Below, piece by piece: positions 15,932-31,494 of a stretch of 64,000 nt of DNA. Made by a program: the position numbers and the translations under genes. A model generated the notes under the pieces. The model was not told where the DNA came from. It ran no database searches and worked only from the letters and a program-made list of their open reading frames with translations. This DNA comes from the human T2T-CHM13v2.0 reference genome, Homo sapiens. Location: assembly GCF_009914755.1 (NCBI RefSeq), contig NC_060934.1, one strand, 5' to 3'. Position 1 is the first letter of the stretch, and each line of letters begins with the position of its first letter.

Positions 15932-17002
15932 TTCTTCTGTCCTATACACTCTTAACTTAAATCATTGACCAGATTTTATCAGTTTTTCCCTCACAACGAA
16001 TTTCATTTTTTTTCATTTCCACAATCATTACTATAGTTCTCTCTTAGTCTTCTTCAGTCTCTTAAATATTCCTACAAGGTTAAACTCCTCCCAACCCTCA
16101 CCCCTCAAATGGTGTAGAAATGTTACCTTATACTTAGCCTTTGATGACTTTCTCATTGTCTTCTGGATTCATTAGCCTAACAGTGCCTCAGTACCCTCCA
16201 CATTTTAACCACTTTTCTTTCTAATGATATCCCACTTGTCTTCTATACAGTTTTCTTTCAACTAAGCTATTTCTCTATAGCTAGAAATTCCTTTGTTTTT
16301 ACTCTTAAGCCCCATCGTTCCTCTGCTTCTATTGCTGTTTCAGCCTTTCACACTGTTGTCAATATTATCTGTGCCAATTACTTGTCAGTTAATATTCTGC
16401 CTTATTTTGTTCATCCTTTTTCATATTTGAATCTTTTGTTCCTTACTACATTGTCAACTGCTAAAAACTAGACAGACCATGCTGTATGCTTCCTTGTACC
16501 CCTGCATATAACCATTGTATCACTATTTATCTGTGTTGGCAAGTTGCTTTAAAATTTGAAAGCCAACGTGTAGCCAACATAAGTGCTTTTTCATGTTCTT
16601 CTTGTATGGCTTCTTTTTCTTGTTTTCTACATGAAAAAGTTGTTGCTCTATTTGGAATGGTCTGTTTTTGTTGAATTGAGGAAGAACGTGTTTTAAAATT
16701 TAATCTGGCTCCAAAAAGAGAGACTAGAAAAGAAAGCAACATTGTTTTGAGTTAAACTTCCAGTGAAATTGAAGTTCATAATTTTAAACTCTGTGTGTGT
16801 GTGTGTGTCTCTGGTGGCTCTTTATTGAGCAAGCCATTTAATAGGAATTTTTGAAAAATAAAAAGAAGAAACAGTTACTAATTTTTTTTTCAGGTTAGGA
16901 TGAGGAAGAGAGCCATTCTATGCTTGGTAGTTGTATATAGTATATTCTTGTAATATGATTGAGAGTTTTCCTTTGCTGTATGAGGGTAAAATATTGTATG
17001 AA

Positions 17003-17115
17003 TTTTTTTTAAGAGACAGGGTATCACTGTGTTGCCCAGGCTGGACTTAAGTGATCCTGCTTCTTCAACCTTCCAAGTAGCTAGGACTACAGGTACATGC
17101 CACCATACCCAGCTT
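17003..17115 (-). mobile_element. FLAM/Alu monomer
   Basis: Single Alu arm. Confidence 0.8.
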
Positions 17116-17885
17116 GTGTGAATATTTTTAGAAGAAAATACAGATAGAGAAAGTCATGAAATGGTGAAGCACTTAAAACAACTGTTTTACTGTTTGTAGT
17201 TCTACAGTTTTTAGTTGGTTTTCTAAATAGAAATAATTTTTCCATTTGACAGCTCAGCTGGTTCTGGGAAAGCTATTTTTCTCCGTTAGATACTATATCC
17301 TGTCTTTGGCATTTATTATTTTCGGAGACAGTCATACATCTGTAATGGAAAATAGTAAAAGAGAAAGCCTATATCATGTGAATTGTCAGATTTACAGTAT
17401 TTCTTTAGTTGTGTTAGACTTAAAGTGTTTATATTGGAACTCTTTGCAGTCACTTGGAGCATCTTGTCCGAGAAGGACTAGAGTCTGGAAATTAAGTATT
17501 TTTTTTGTTTTGTTTTTTGGAAATGTATTATATCCGTTGGACTGAGGCTTGCATTTTAAGGCTGGCTTAAGATTCTAAAATAGAAAGAACTATCTGGAGA
17601 ATATGGTAATAGCCAATAGGTGGCAGCATAGAGCATGGTACTGGATCTTGAGTTTGAGATTGGCATGGTGAGATAATCTAGGTAGTATTTGGAAAAGCAC
17701 TTAGAAATATTGACCTGATATTTGGGAAGCAGCAGCTATGCATACTTTTAGCTAGTTGGATTTTCAGTAAATACTAACTCTGTAGAATGGATAAAGCAAA
17801 TACATTATTTATATTTACCTTTAAAAACACGTAGGTGAAAAATACGAAGTAGCCTCTTTGGGAAGTAGAACAGGGATTCACCTAG

Positions 17886-18312
<427 letters not shown>

Positions 18313-18839
18313 CACTCCTATTTAATCTTCAAAACAATCCTATAAAGTTGATTAAAGGCATCCTAGTTTTATAAATAAAGAAAAGGAAAGGGTCAGAGAT
18401 GTTCAGTTATGGGCAAAATTACATAGCTGGGATTTGATCCATGTTTTTAGATGCATTTTGATAACAGTAGGAGCAGGAACATGGAAAGTGGAGAGCAAGA
18501 ATTAAGTAGGTCTTGGAATTCAGTTGGAAAGAGGGAGGGAATCCTCAGTTGGAAATTTCTCAGTTGGAAAGAGGGAAAGTGTATTTGAAATGACCAATTC
18601 TAGCTATGTTAGGAATCTGTGAGTGACTGACTGACTGACTGCCTGACTGCCTCAGTTACCTGCTTACTTCTTTCCTTCCTCCCATTTTCTGTTTTATGGG
18701 CATAAAGTAGGCACTCTAAAATATTTATTAAATGAGTGACTAAGAAGTCAGGAAGCTTAATAAACTTGGAAAATTATAATAGCTGTTTTGAGTGTTTACA
18801 TTTATACACAATTCTCTGTGTACTGCTTATTCATGAGGC

Positions 18840-19145
18840 TTTTCTTTTCTTTCTTTCTTTTTTTTTGTGAGATGGAGTCTCACTGTTGCGCAGGCTGCAG
18901 TAGAGGCATGATCTCGGCTCACTGCACCCTCCACCTCCCTGGTTCAAGCAGTTCCCCTACCTCAGTCTCCCGAGTAGCTGTTATTACAGACACATGCCAC
19001 CACGCCCAGCTAATTTTTTTGTATTTTTAGTAGAGGCGGGGTTTCACCATGTTGGTCAGGATGGTCTCAAACTCCTGACTTCAGGCAATCCACCCGCCTC
19101 GGCCTCCCAAAGTGTGATAACAGGTGTGAGCCACTGCACCCGGCC
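18840..19145 (-). mobile_element. AluS
   Basis: Antisense Alu dimer. Confidence 0.9.
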
Positions 19146-19174
19146 TTCTTTAACCTTTCTTTAAGCTTCAAATT

Positions 19175-20160
19175 TTTAAATTAATTTTAGCCTTATAAAG
19201 CAATTGCAAAAATTGTAAAAGGAATTCCCGTATATTCTTTAACCAGATTCTCCAAATGTTAGCATGTTATGTAACCACAGTACAATTATAAGTTCAGGAA
19301 ATTAACAATGATACAATAGTATAATCTGCAAACCTTTGCGAATTTGCCAGTTATCCCACTAGTGTCCTTTATCTGGTCCAAGATCCAGTCCAGGATTACA
19401 GTCTGACTGATGTTGTATCATTCTTCGTGCATCATGTCAGAAAGCACGTGGTGATGTTTACTTTGATCACTTAGTTAAGGTGCTGTCTGCCTCTTTTCTG
19501 TAAGATCTTCCTTTCTTCCTTTCTTCCTTCCTTCCTTCCTTCCTTCCTTCCTTCCTTCCTTTCCTTCTTTTTCCTTTTTGTAGTTAATGGCTACATTGTT
19601 GGGGGAGGTACTTTGAGGTTTTGTAAATATCTTCTTTTTTTTAATTATACTAGTTTTTCATGCACTAATTTTAGCATCCATTGATGAACATTGCCTGAAA
19701 AAAAATTACTGTGGTGTTGACCAAATGATTTTCTATTTCCATAATTTCTTCTACATTTATGAGTTGGAATTCTACTGTAAGGAAGAACTTCTCTTTTCTC
19801 CCTATGTTGTTGTTTTAATATATCAGTACGAATTCATGGATTCTTATTTCATTCTGTGGATTATAATTCATTACAGTCCTTGTTTACTTAGCAGTTCAAA
19901 TTATCCTAGGCCATTTAGGGCCCTTTGAAGTTGGCTGTTGTGTCCTTTTTGACATCTTTCTTTTTTTTAAAGCACTTTTTTTTTTTCACTTTTTGGCATT
20001 AAAAGATGTTCCAGTCTTAACATGTACTTTCCCTGTCCCGGCCCTGGATTTCTCCAAAAAACTCTAGTTCCTTTTAATCAGAGAACTGTGTAAGAATTCA
20101 AGGTGTCGGTACTAGGTGTATGTACTCTTGGTACTAGAGTGTCATTGCTTTGAAACATGT
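19175..20160 (-). mobile_element. L1MC/ME-like 3' fragment
   Basis: TTTGATCACTTAGTTAAGGTG..TCTGCC, CTGTTGTGTCCTTTTTGACAT; paralogous to 31495-33095. Confidence 0.6.
19507..19570. repeat. (TTCC)n microsatellite
   Basis: Direct. Confidence 0.9.
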
Positions 20161-20553
20161 ATGTTTACTAAAATACATGTGTAGCTATGTTATTTTATAT
20201 ATCAGTGAAAAACCATCCACTGAGATTTTTTGATTACAGATATGTTGATAGTATGAAGAGCTAATCCAGTAGTAGTGAGAGGGTCGGGGAGAGATGGGAA
20301 GGATGAGAAATTACTTTTAGTAGTTAATTCCTAAAAACGGACTGCTTCAGTGATCAGTCTGTTCTTGTGTATGGCTGGGATAGAGATGGCTGTTTGTAAA
20401 GTACAGATAACATGGATGATTCACTAAGGATGATGGGAGAGTAGGATGTTATACCAAAATATAAAATTAGTTTATGCACTTAGGTTTAAGACTAAAGTAA
20501 GTTTAGTATTTGATTGGCATATTAGGAGAGTGTTTCAAGAAGTTAGAACTTGA

Positions 20554-20831
20554 GGTTGGGTGCAGTGGCTCACACCTGTAATCCCAGCACTTTGGAAGGC
20601 CTCAGGCAGGCAGATCACTTGGGGCCAGGAGTTTGAGACCAGCCTGGCCAACATGGCAAAACCCCATCTCTACTGAAAATACAAAAATTTTAGCTGACTG
20701 TGGTGGCCCATGCCTGTAATTCCAGCTACTTGAGAGGCACGAGAATCGTTTGAACCTAGGAGCTGGAGGTTGCAGTGAGCCGAGATCATGCCTGGGCGAC
20801 ACACACAGACTGTCTGGAAAAAAAAAAAAAA
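20554..20831 (+). mobile_element. AluS
   Basis: Sense Alu; TSD AGAAGTTAGAACTTGA. Confidence 0.92.
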
Positions 20832-21118
20832 GAAGTTAGAACTTGATCTGTGTTTTTGAAGAATATATAAGTCTGGATGAGCAGAGATGAAAGGGCACAT
20901 CCTGGTTGGAACAGGGCATTTATTTTTGGAAGTAACCAGTGATATGGTTGGAGCCAGATAATAGATACCTTTCAGTGCCCAGCTAGCTCAGGAGTCATGT
21001 AACTAGATCTTTTTCATTGTATCAGCATATTTTGCTGAATGTTTCTTAATTTCTTCCAATTCGTGAATATGCATTGTTTGGTTATATCCCTTTAACATTT
21101 TAGTTTTATTGCTATTTT

Positions 21119-21411
21119 ATTTTATTTTGAGACGGAGCCTCGCTCTTGTTGCCCAGGCTAGAGTACAGTGGCGCCATCTTGGGTCACTGCAACCTCCACC
21201 TCCCAGATTCAAGCGATTCTCCTGCCTTAGCCCCCCTGAGTAGCTGGGATTACAGGTGTCCACCACCACACCTGGCTAATTTGGTATTTTTAGTAGAGAT
21301 GGGGTTTCACCATGTTGGTCAGGCTGGTCTCGAACTCCTGACCTCAGGTGATGCGCCTGCCTCGGCCTCCCAAAGTGCTGGGATTACAGGCGCGAGCCAC
21401 CGCGCCTGGCC
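21119..21411 (-). mobile_element. AluS
   Basis: TSD TTTATTGCTATTTT 21105-21118 / 21412-21425. Confidence 0.93.
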
Positions 21412-21443
21412 TTTATTGCTATTTTAATACATTGAAAGTTTTT

Positions 21444-23261
<1,818 letters not shown>

Positions 23262-23472
23262 TTAACAGCAAGCAGATGATAAATCTAGTTGTTACTTTTA
23301 TATTGTATTCTTCAACATGTATTTATGTTGAATACTTTGGGCATATTCAAACCTGCTCAATGTGACTTGCCTGTCATCTTACACCAGAATACTACAAATC
23401 AATAAGTATTTACCTGTGATATAAAAGGAACTATGGAAGAAAAAATTTCAATATAGTTTCTATCAAGAGTGA

Positions 23473-23842
<370 letters not shown>

Positions 23843-26800
23843 TAATAGAATGCAGAGTGAAATAGATATCACAAATTAATACGTGTTAATTAGGTGCTCA
23901 GTTAATTGTACAAATCTAAATTGCTGGGTCTAACCTTGTTAAATTTCCAGAGACGTTTGGTATAGATTATTTAGGATTAAAACTGCTTGATATGAATCAG
24001 TGCTCAGTAAGAGATTCCATGAAATATCAAAGAGTTTATTTTTTGTCTCCCAGTTCGTAGAGTTGTTTGCAAAAAACACAGGCAAGGAGAAATCATTAAT
24101 TGGTGACTGCTCTGTTCAGTTTTATGTGGTCAGAGTCAATGAATAGACTAATCATTTGGCAGGTTTATTAAATGTGTGGTTCTGTGTTTGGCCAGAGAAG
24201 ATAACAGAGAAGTAAAAGACCTGGTCCCCTCTTGGCTTGTGGAATATTGGGGAAACTATGAGTGGCAAAAGCAATTAGACTTGTAATCTATAAGGAGTTT
24301 TAAATCATCCATGCTGTGCATCCAGAACCAGAATTCTCATATATGCAGGGAACATTAAAAGTAAAATCCCATGCTCATTCCCATATGTAGTATTTTAGAG
24401 ATAGTAGCTAATACAAGAAAATATAAGTACTGTAGCAGTTTGAGAGGTGCAGTAGATGACACTGGAGTTGCTTAATCTAGAAGTTAGAACTCAAACTGAA
24501 CTTTAAAAGGATCTGTGTGTGTTTTAGAGTGGTTGGTTTGGTAATTGTTTTTAGGATGTAGTACAGAAGGATTTACAGCGAGAAAATTATGGGAGGGTCT
24601 TATAATAATTCACAAAATGAAACTGTTCTAGAGTCATGGCTGTGAAGATGCATAAGGAAGAGATGTGCGTAGAGAATCTGGAATAAAGAGTTGTCGAAGC
24701 TTAGTGATTACGTAAATATATAAATAAGGGAGAGGAAAGTGATACTGACGTTAGGCTTCCATCCCAGATGGCTTGGCATGAAATTAAAAGTCAATTAGAA
24801 GTCAAGAAGAGAGAAGGGAAAGTTTTGGTGCAGTGGCCAGTTTTATGAGGAGAGAATGGAGATAGCTCAAAGCATTTTGAGGTGAGAGTGAACATTTAAT
24901 TGGAAGTGTCCAGTAGACAGGGTTGTGGGAAATGAGTTGAAATAAAAGGTCTGGGGTGAAGATATATTGGAGAGGGTTTCTGAAAACATGATTGGATTAT
25001 TTGAGCAAACGAAGTTTCTAAGGAGTAAAGCACAAAATACTGAGTTTTATAGAAGACCTTCATTTTAGGAAGTAAGAATCAGATTAAAAATAAGATAGAG
25101 TCATAAAATAAATGAGTTACCCATTTTGCATCAGTTGTCTTCCTGGCCCCATACTCTATAATGACAGGGGGGATGGGTTGTCATGTTTGTCAAACTAATG
25201 TGGACTCCTGTACCATTTCCCAGAATGGACCTCAGATGGGTTGAGCAAGTACCCTCCAAACATACTACAATGGGCTTTGAGAGAATAGGTTCTCAAGAAT
25301 TCTGGTTGTGAGGGACAGACTATAAGTCTGACAGCATTGATGAATATGTGGGTGTTGGTGGGAGTTAAGAAATGAATACACGCTACTGGCTTGAAAAGTT
25401 GTCAGTGAAAGGAATGATGAAAACAGCACCATAGAAGAATAGGCAAAGGATTTAAGTAAAGATTTTGAGAGCTAAAGGGAGAAGCTTAAGTACTATACTC
25501 ATAGAAGAAGCTGAGATGAAGAAATTAAAAGGAGGGAACAGTTGGAAAAGGCAAGATTGTAAGAGAACCAACAAGGTATTAGTTACTGGACATTGGTAGG
25601 AGATTCCTACTGGAATTAGAATACAGTCAGTGTAACTTCAGGAGTTACAGTTGGTAGGAATTAAATCAGGCATGAATGCCTGAATATAAGAACCGTGGCC
25701 AACTGACTTTGCCCTCACAGTGAGAGCAGTGACTGGTGAGAAACTGTTAGATATGAAAGCATTGTTTAACACAATAGTAAGGTGGAATAGGCCGTAGTAA
25801 CTGTACTTCTCTCATCTGCAGCACTGCTCAAAGTTTTCTAGTTACATCAGCAACAAAAAAGGTAAAGTTTCAAGAAAAGTAATAAGATTTCGTTATCTCT
25901 AGCAGTGCGTTAAGTATAAAAAACTACTGAAGTCTAGATATTAAACAAAATCTTATTTTTGTATTTTATATTTTGTCAGTGTAAAAACCATGAGGCAGTT
26001 GAAATGTATACACATTGAGGTACCTTTCAACTGTAAAATTATATGATTCTCTGAAAATCTGTTTTCGATAGCTTGCTTAAGGAGATTCTTAGAATTAATC
26101 AGTGATCTGAGTAAGTTTAGAATATGCCTACTTATATAAAAATTAGGGTTAGAGTTCCATAGAGCCTCAGTGTTTCATTTGAATGTCTTAATAGAGTCAG
26201 TATTTTCTTTCTTTCTGCCCATGAGTGTAGGTCTCACTTTTTTCTTTCCTTTCTTATGAACTGGTATTTGCACATTAGACTTTCTTTGTTCTTTCCCCTC
26301 AATTATGAAAGCTTGTATTTGTTCTGCTTCTCTTCCCCCCTTCCCCTTTTATTAGGTCTCCATCTTTTTTGAAATTATTTGCATTTTCTTCATGGATTGT
26401 ATCTTTTTATTTTTTTAAATTACGGTAAAATATACATAACATTTACTATCTTAACCATATTTAGGTGTACAAGATGAGTAGTTAAGTACTTGCATTGTTG
26501 TGCAACCAGTCTCCAGAACTCTCTTCATCTTGTAAAATGGAAACTCTTTGTCCATTAAACAGTAACTCTCCCATTTCCTCCTCTCTTTAGCCCCTGGCAA
26601 CCACTGTTCTACTTTTTGTCTCAATGAGTTTGCTTATTCCAGATATATAAGTAGAATCATATAGTATTTGTCGTTTTGTGACTGACTTGTATTGCCTAAG
26701 ATAGTGTCCTTATGTTTTTCTATATTGTTGTATGTGTCAGAATTCCTTCCTTTTTAAAGCAGAACAATATTCCACTTATGTATATATCCCATTTTGTTCA

Positions 26801-27290
26801 TCCATCCATCAGTGGACCCTTGGTTTGCTTTCACCTCTTAGCTGTTATAAATAATTCTGCTATGAACATGGGTATACAGATACCTCTTTGAGATCCTGCT
26901 TTCAGTTCTTTTTTGTGTATACCTAGAAATGGAATTGTTGGATCATATGGTAATCCTGTTTTTAAGTTTTTGAGAAATTATCAGACTTTGCCACATCAGC
27001 TGCATCATTTTACAGTGCTACCAGCAAGGCTAAAGGGTTCCAATTTTTCCGCATTGTTGCCCTCATTTGTTTTCTTCCGTGGGTGTATTTTTTTTTTTAA
27101 TAGTAGCCATGCTAATGAACGTGAAGTAGTATCTCGTTGTGGTTTTGGTTTGCAGTTCCCTAGTGATTCATAGTGCTGAACAGCTTTTCATGTGATTGTT
27201 GGTCATTTGTATATCATGTTTAAAGAAATGTCTTGTTCAAGTTCTTTGCCCATTTTTGAATTCGGTTGTTTCTTGTTAAATTGTAGTTCT

Positions 27291-27683
27291 TCATTCATAT
27301 ATATATGTGTATATATGTGTATATATGTATATATATTCATATATATGTGTATATATGTATATATATTCATATATATGTGTATATATATGTATATTCATAT
27401 ATGTGTATATATATGTATATTCATATATATGTGTATATATGTATGTATATTCAGATATATGTGTATATATGTATGTATATTCATATATATGTGTATATAT
27501 GTATGTATATTCATATATATGTGTATATATGTATGTATATTCATATATGTGTATATATGTATGTACATTCATATATGTGTATATATGTGTATATATGTAT
27601 ATATGTATATATTCATATATGTGTATATATGTTCATATATGTGTGTATATATGTATATATGTTCATATATATGTGTATATATG

Positions 27684-27735
<52 letters not shown>
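27291..27735. repeat. Compound TA/TG-rich minisatellite (~28-30-bp unit TATTCATATATATGTGTATATATGTATGTA) ending in about 24 CA units
   Basis: Directly visible tandem array. Confidence 0.95.
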
Positions 27736-27736
<1 letters not shown>

Positions 27737-27756
27737 GGTGGGGGGGTGGTGGGCGG

Positions 27757-28071
27757 GAGACAGGATGTTACTCTGTTGCCCAGGCTGGAGTACAATGGTG
27801 CAAACACTGCTTGCTGCAGCCGTGACCTCCCGGGCACATGTAATCCTCCTGCCTCAGCCTCCCAAGCAGCTGAGACCACAGGCACTTGCCACCACACCTG
27901 GCTAATTTTTAAATTTTTTGTGGAGATGGGGCCTTGTCATGTTGCCCAGGCTGGTCTTGAACTCCTAGACTCAAGAACTCTTAGAATCCTAGAACTCCTA
28001 GGCTCATGCTGTCCTTCCTCCTTGGCCTCCCAAAGTGCTGGGATTACAGGTGTGAGCCACCACCCCCAGCC
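27757..28071 (-). mobile_element. AluJ
   Basis: Antisense J-type Alu with a small internal duplication ~27960-28000. Confidence 0.88.
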
Positions 28072-28394
28072 TATATGTTCTTAATATTAACCCCATATCA
28101 GATATATAATTTGCAAATTATCTCCCATTTTATAATTTATTTTTTCACTCTGTTGTGTCCTTTGATGCACAAAATTTAAAAATTTGATTTAATTCAATTT
28201 ATCTATTTTTACTTTTGTTGTCTGTTCTTTTGGAGTTGTATACAGAAAATCATTGCCAGATCCAGTGTCGTGAAGCTTTCCGAACCCTGTTTTCTTCTAA
28301 AAGTTTTATAGTTTTAGCTCTTACAATTAGGTCTTCAATCTATTTTGAGTAAATTTTTATATACGGTGTACGGCAAGGATCCAGCTTCATTCTT

Positions 28395-28702
28395 TATTTA
28401 ATTTTAATTTTTATTTTTTGGAGACGGAGTTTCGCTCTATCTCCCAGGCTGGAGTACAGTGGCACAATCTTGGCTCACCACAACCTCCGCATCCTGGATC
28501 CAAGCGATTCTTGTGCTTCAGCCATAAGAGTAGCTGGGATTACAGATGCATGCCATCACACCTGGCTAATTTTTTTGTATTTTTAGTAGCGATGGGGTTT
28601 TACCATGTTGGCCAGGCTGGTCTCAAACTCCTGGCCTCAAGTGATCCACCTGCCTTGGCCTCCCAAAGAGCGAGGATTACTGGTGTAAGCCACGGCCCCC
28701 AG
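28395..28702 (-). mobile_element. AluS
   Basis: TSD CCAGCTTCATT. Confidence 0.9.
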
Positions 28703-30748
28703 CCCAGCTTCATTAGCAGCATGTGGATGACCACATTTCCCAACACCAGTTGCTGAGAAGAATTGTTTCTCCCATTGAATCGTGTTGGTACCCTTGTAGG
28801 AAATCATCTGACCACATCTGAGCGTTTATTTCTGGACTATCTATTTCTGTTTCATTAGTCTATGTGTCTGTCTGAATGTCTACTAGCACCACATTCTGGG
28901 AGGGATTACTGTAGCTTTGTAATAAGTTTTGAAATCAGGAGGTGTCAAACCCAGAATGTTTTTCTTTTTCAATATTGTTTTGGCAATTTGGGATCTCTTG
29001 AAACTTCAGGGTGGATGTTTTTTCTGCCAGAAATGCCATTGGGATTTTGATAAGGATTGCATTAAATGTGTAGATCATTTTGGATTGTATCAGCTGGCAA
29101 TATTAAGTCTTTGCCTTTTTATTTCTTATATATTTTTAAAAATAAAATTTCCTAAGTTTTTTTTTTCTAAATTTAAAATCAACAACTATATATTTCGTTC
29201 TTCCTACATCAGAAGGACCAGCCACTGTGGGATCAATAAAGATGCTATAAGTGAAAGAAAGAAGTTTTGGCCACAGATATTATTTTCAAGGAATTTACAG
29301 TCTGTTGGAGGAGATTAAAAATAGAAGTAAATACACAAGTTAATGACTATTGCTGTCAGAATAGTAGAAAGTCCTATAGGAATTTAGAAAATGGCAAAAT
29401 TACTCTCAACCAGGCTTTATAATGCGATTGCCTCAAATATGCAGTTGGATATTCTTGCATTTGTAATAGTCTTAGCCAAAGTCATTATGAAGAGCAGATT
29501 GAAATTCAGGGAACCTTCTGATTGAGATTGGGCTGAGCATGAATATTGGGAGTAGTATAAACTTTGAATTTCCAACCAATAGAGGCATAAAGAAATGCTT
29601 GCTATTGTCTGTGGGGGTGGTTTGCTTTTTTCGTTTAATGTTGTTAAAAACTATACATGTATAATGGATAAAACTATCAACAGCAAATGCTGATTATAGA
29701 TACTGGTCAATTAACTAGTGTAATAGTAATAATAGCCATTTGCTGCTTACCCTTTAGGCTTAATTTCTATGAGCAGTAATATATATATTGACAAGAGTCA
29801 TTTGTGGTAGGTTTGTACATTTTGAATGCCGTATTTAACTCTTCAAGTGTGTCTAGTGTCAAACTTTTTGGTTTTCTATTCATTAACTTGATAGTCTGCT
29901 TAACAGTCAGTGGTAACGTTGACATATGGCAAAGATTATATTAAGCACAATTCATACTTTATGTAAAAAGCAATAATTTAAGCAAAGTAAGGTTTTCTGT
30001 TAGATAATTGACCTTAAAGTGTATGGACATTTAAATGGTGGAGACATTTCCCCTAAGACTTGTTGGCATTTAAAGTAATAAGATGTAGGAAAGTGGCATT
30101 TAAATCAATGAGTTGCATCATGTCAGCTCTTTTTAGCTCATTGCTTGAAATGTCAGTAGCAGATATGGCTGTAGCTGTAGGCCCATGATCTGTCTATTCG
30201 GGGAGTCTTTGCTAACATAATTATTACAAAACCTGCATGTGTTCACACGCTTTTAATTCCCAAATTTTCTCTATCCTATAGTATGAATTTAAAACAATAT
30301 TACCTAAATTTGGAGAATCCAAGCACTGAGTTTAGACAGGGGTGGCATTAAAATGTCATCCTATTGTCACACTTCTGCAGTCTAGGCCATCCTACCCTTT
30401 CCTATTGAAACTGCATTGTATCCTCTGTTTCCTCTCTTGAGGTCTTACCTCTCAAATAGAAAATAAGTAACACTATGTAAGTAAGCATCCTCCTCCTTTA
30501 ATCTTATCACCCAAAACACATCTAAACTCACAAGGTGACAGATATTAGAGCTACAAAAGAAACTTTCGGAAATGTTCATCTTTATTGTTAAAAATTTAAC
30601 CATATTAACTATTTATTGCCTTAAGGACTAGATTCCATGCTGACATAATTTTGTAGCTTTGTTTATTCAGTGATATCTTTGCTATTTCAGGGACCATTGG
30701 AGCTATTTCTGTTACAGTTCTTGGAGGAATCTTAACAGTTCTCTTTAT

Positions 30749-30920
30749 CAGGGGTCAGCAAACTAAGACTTGTCACTAAATCTAGCCCACAGGCTGTTTT
30801 TATAATACCCACAAGCTAAAGAGTTGTAAGCAACTCAGAGTAAGCAACAGAGACTCTATCTGGCCTGTAAAACCTAAAATATTTACTCTCCGGCCCTTGA
30901 CAGAAAATTGTGTACTCTGT
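30749..30920 (+). mobile_element. MER58-like hAT-Charlie element
   Basis: CAGGGGTCAGCAAACT..AAACCTAAAATATTTACTCTCCGGCCCTTGACAGAAAA. Confidence 0.7.
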
Positions 30921-31154
30921 TTTTAATATCTTCACCAGGTTCTCGAGATATTAAGAGAAGTCTGAAAGTCATTCACTTCCATATGCTGCTTTTATTCTCT
31001 TTCTCTTCATCCTCAAATCAGGTACCAGTACCTGTACCACAAGCAAATATAAGTTAATGGCAGGACGGCTGGGATTATGGAGGAGAAGGTGGAGGAGAAA
31101 CAAAGGAAACTGGCTTGTGGGAGAAAAGTAGGGCTCCATCTTTGTCCACCTTAC

Positions 31155-31482
31155 TTTTATTTTGAGACAGTTTCACTTTGTTACCCAGGCTGGAGTGCAG
31201 TGACGTGATCTCGGCTCGCTGCAGCTTCAACCTCCTGGGCTCAAGTCATCCTCCAGCCTCAGCCCCACAAGTAGCTGGGACTGCAGGCGTGTGCCTCTAC
31301 GCCCAGCCAATTTGTTTTTGTTTGTTTGTTTGTTTGTTTGTTTGTTTGTTTTTTGTATTTTTTGTAGAGATGGGGTTTTGCCATGTTGCCCAGGCTGGTC
31401 TCAAAGTCCTGAGTTCAAGTGATCCACCCGCCTCAGCCTCCCAAAGTGCTGGGATTATAGATGTGAGCTACTGCGCCCAGCC
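31155..31482 (-). mobile_element. AluJ with (GTTT)n linker
   Basis: Antisense Alu dimer. Confidence 0.88.
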
Positions 31483-31494
31483 ACATTAAAAAAT

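Larger units (their letters stand above)
26405..29110 (-). mobile_element. L1MB-like 3' end, antisense, interrupted by a TA/CA repeat and two Alus
   Basis: CCCCTGGCAACCACT..CTAC, GGAATTGTTGGATCATATGG, ATTTGCAAAT..TCTCCCATT. Confidence 0.85.

Noticed and set aside
27192-28084. Long ORFs (172-259 aa) rich in Y/I/C/M/V
   Set aside because: Translation of the TA/TG/CA tandem repeat and adjacent Alu; not genes.
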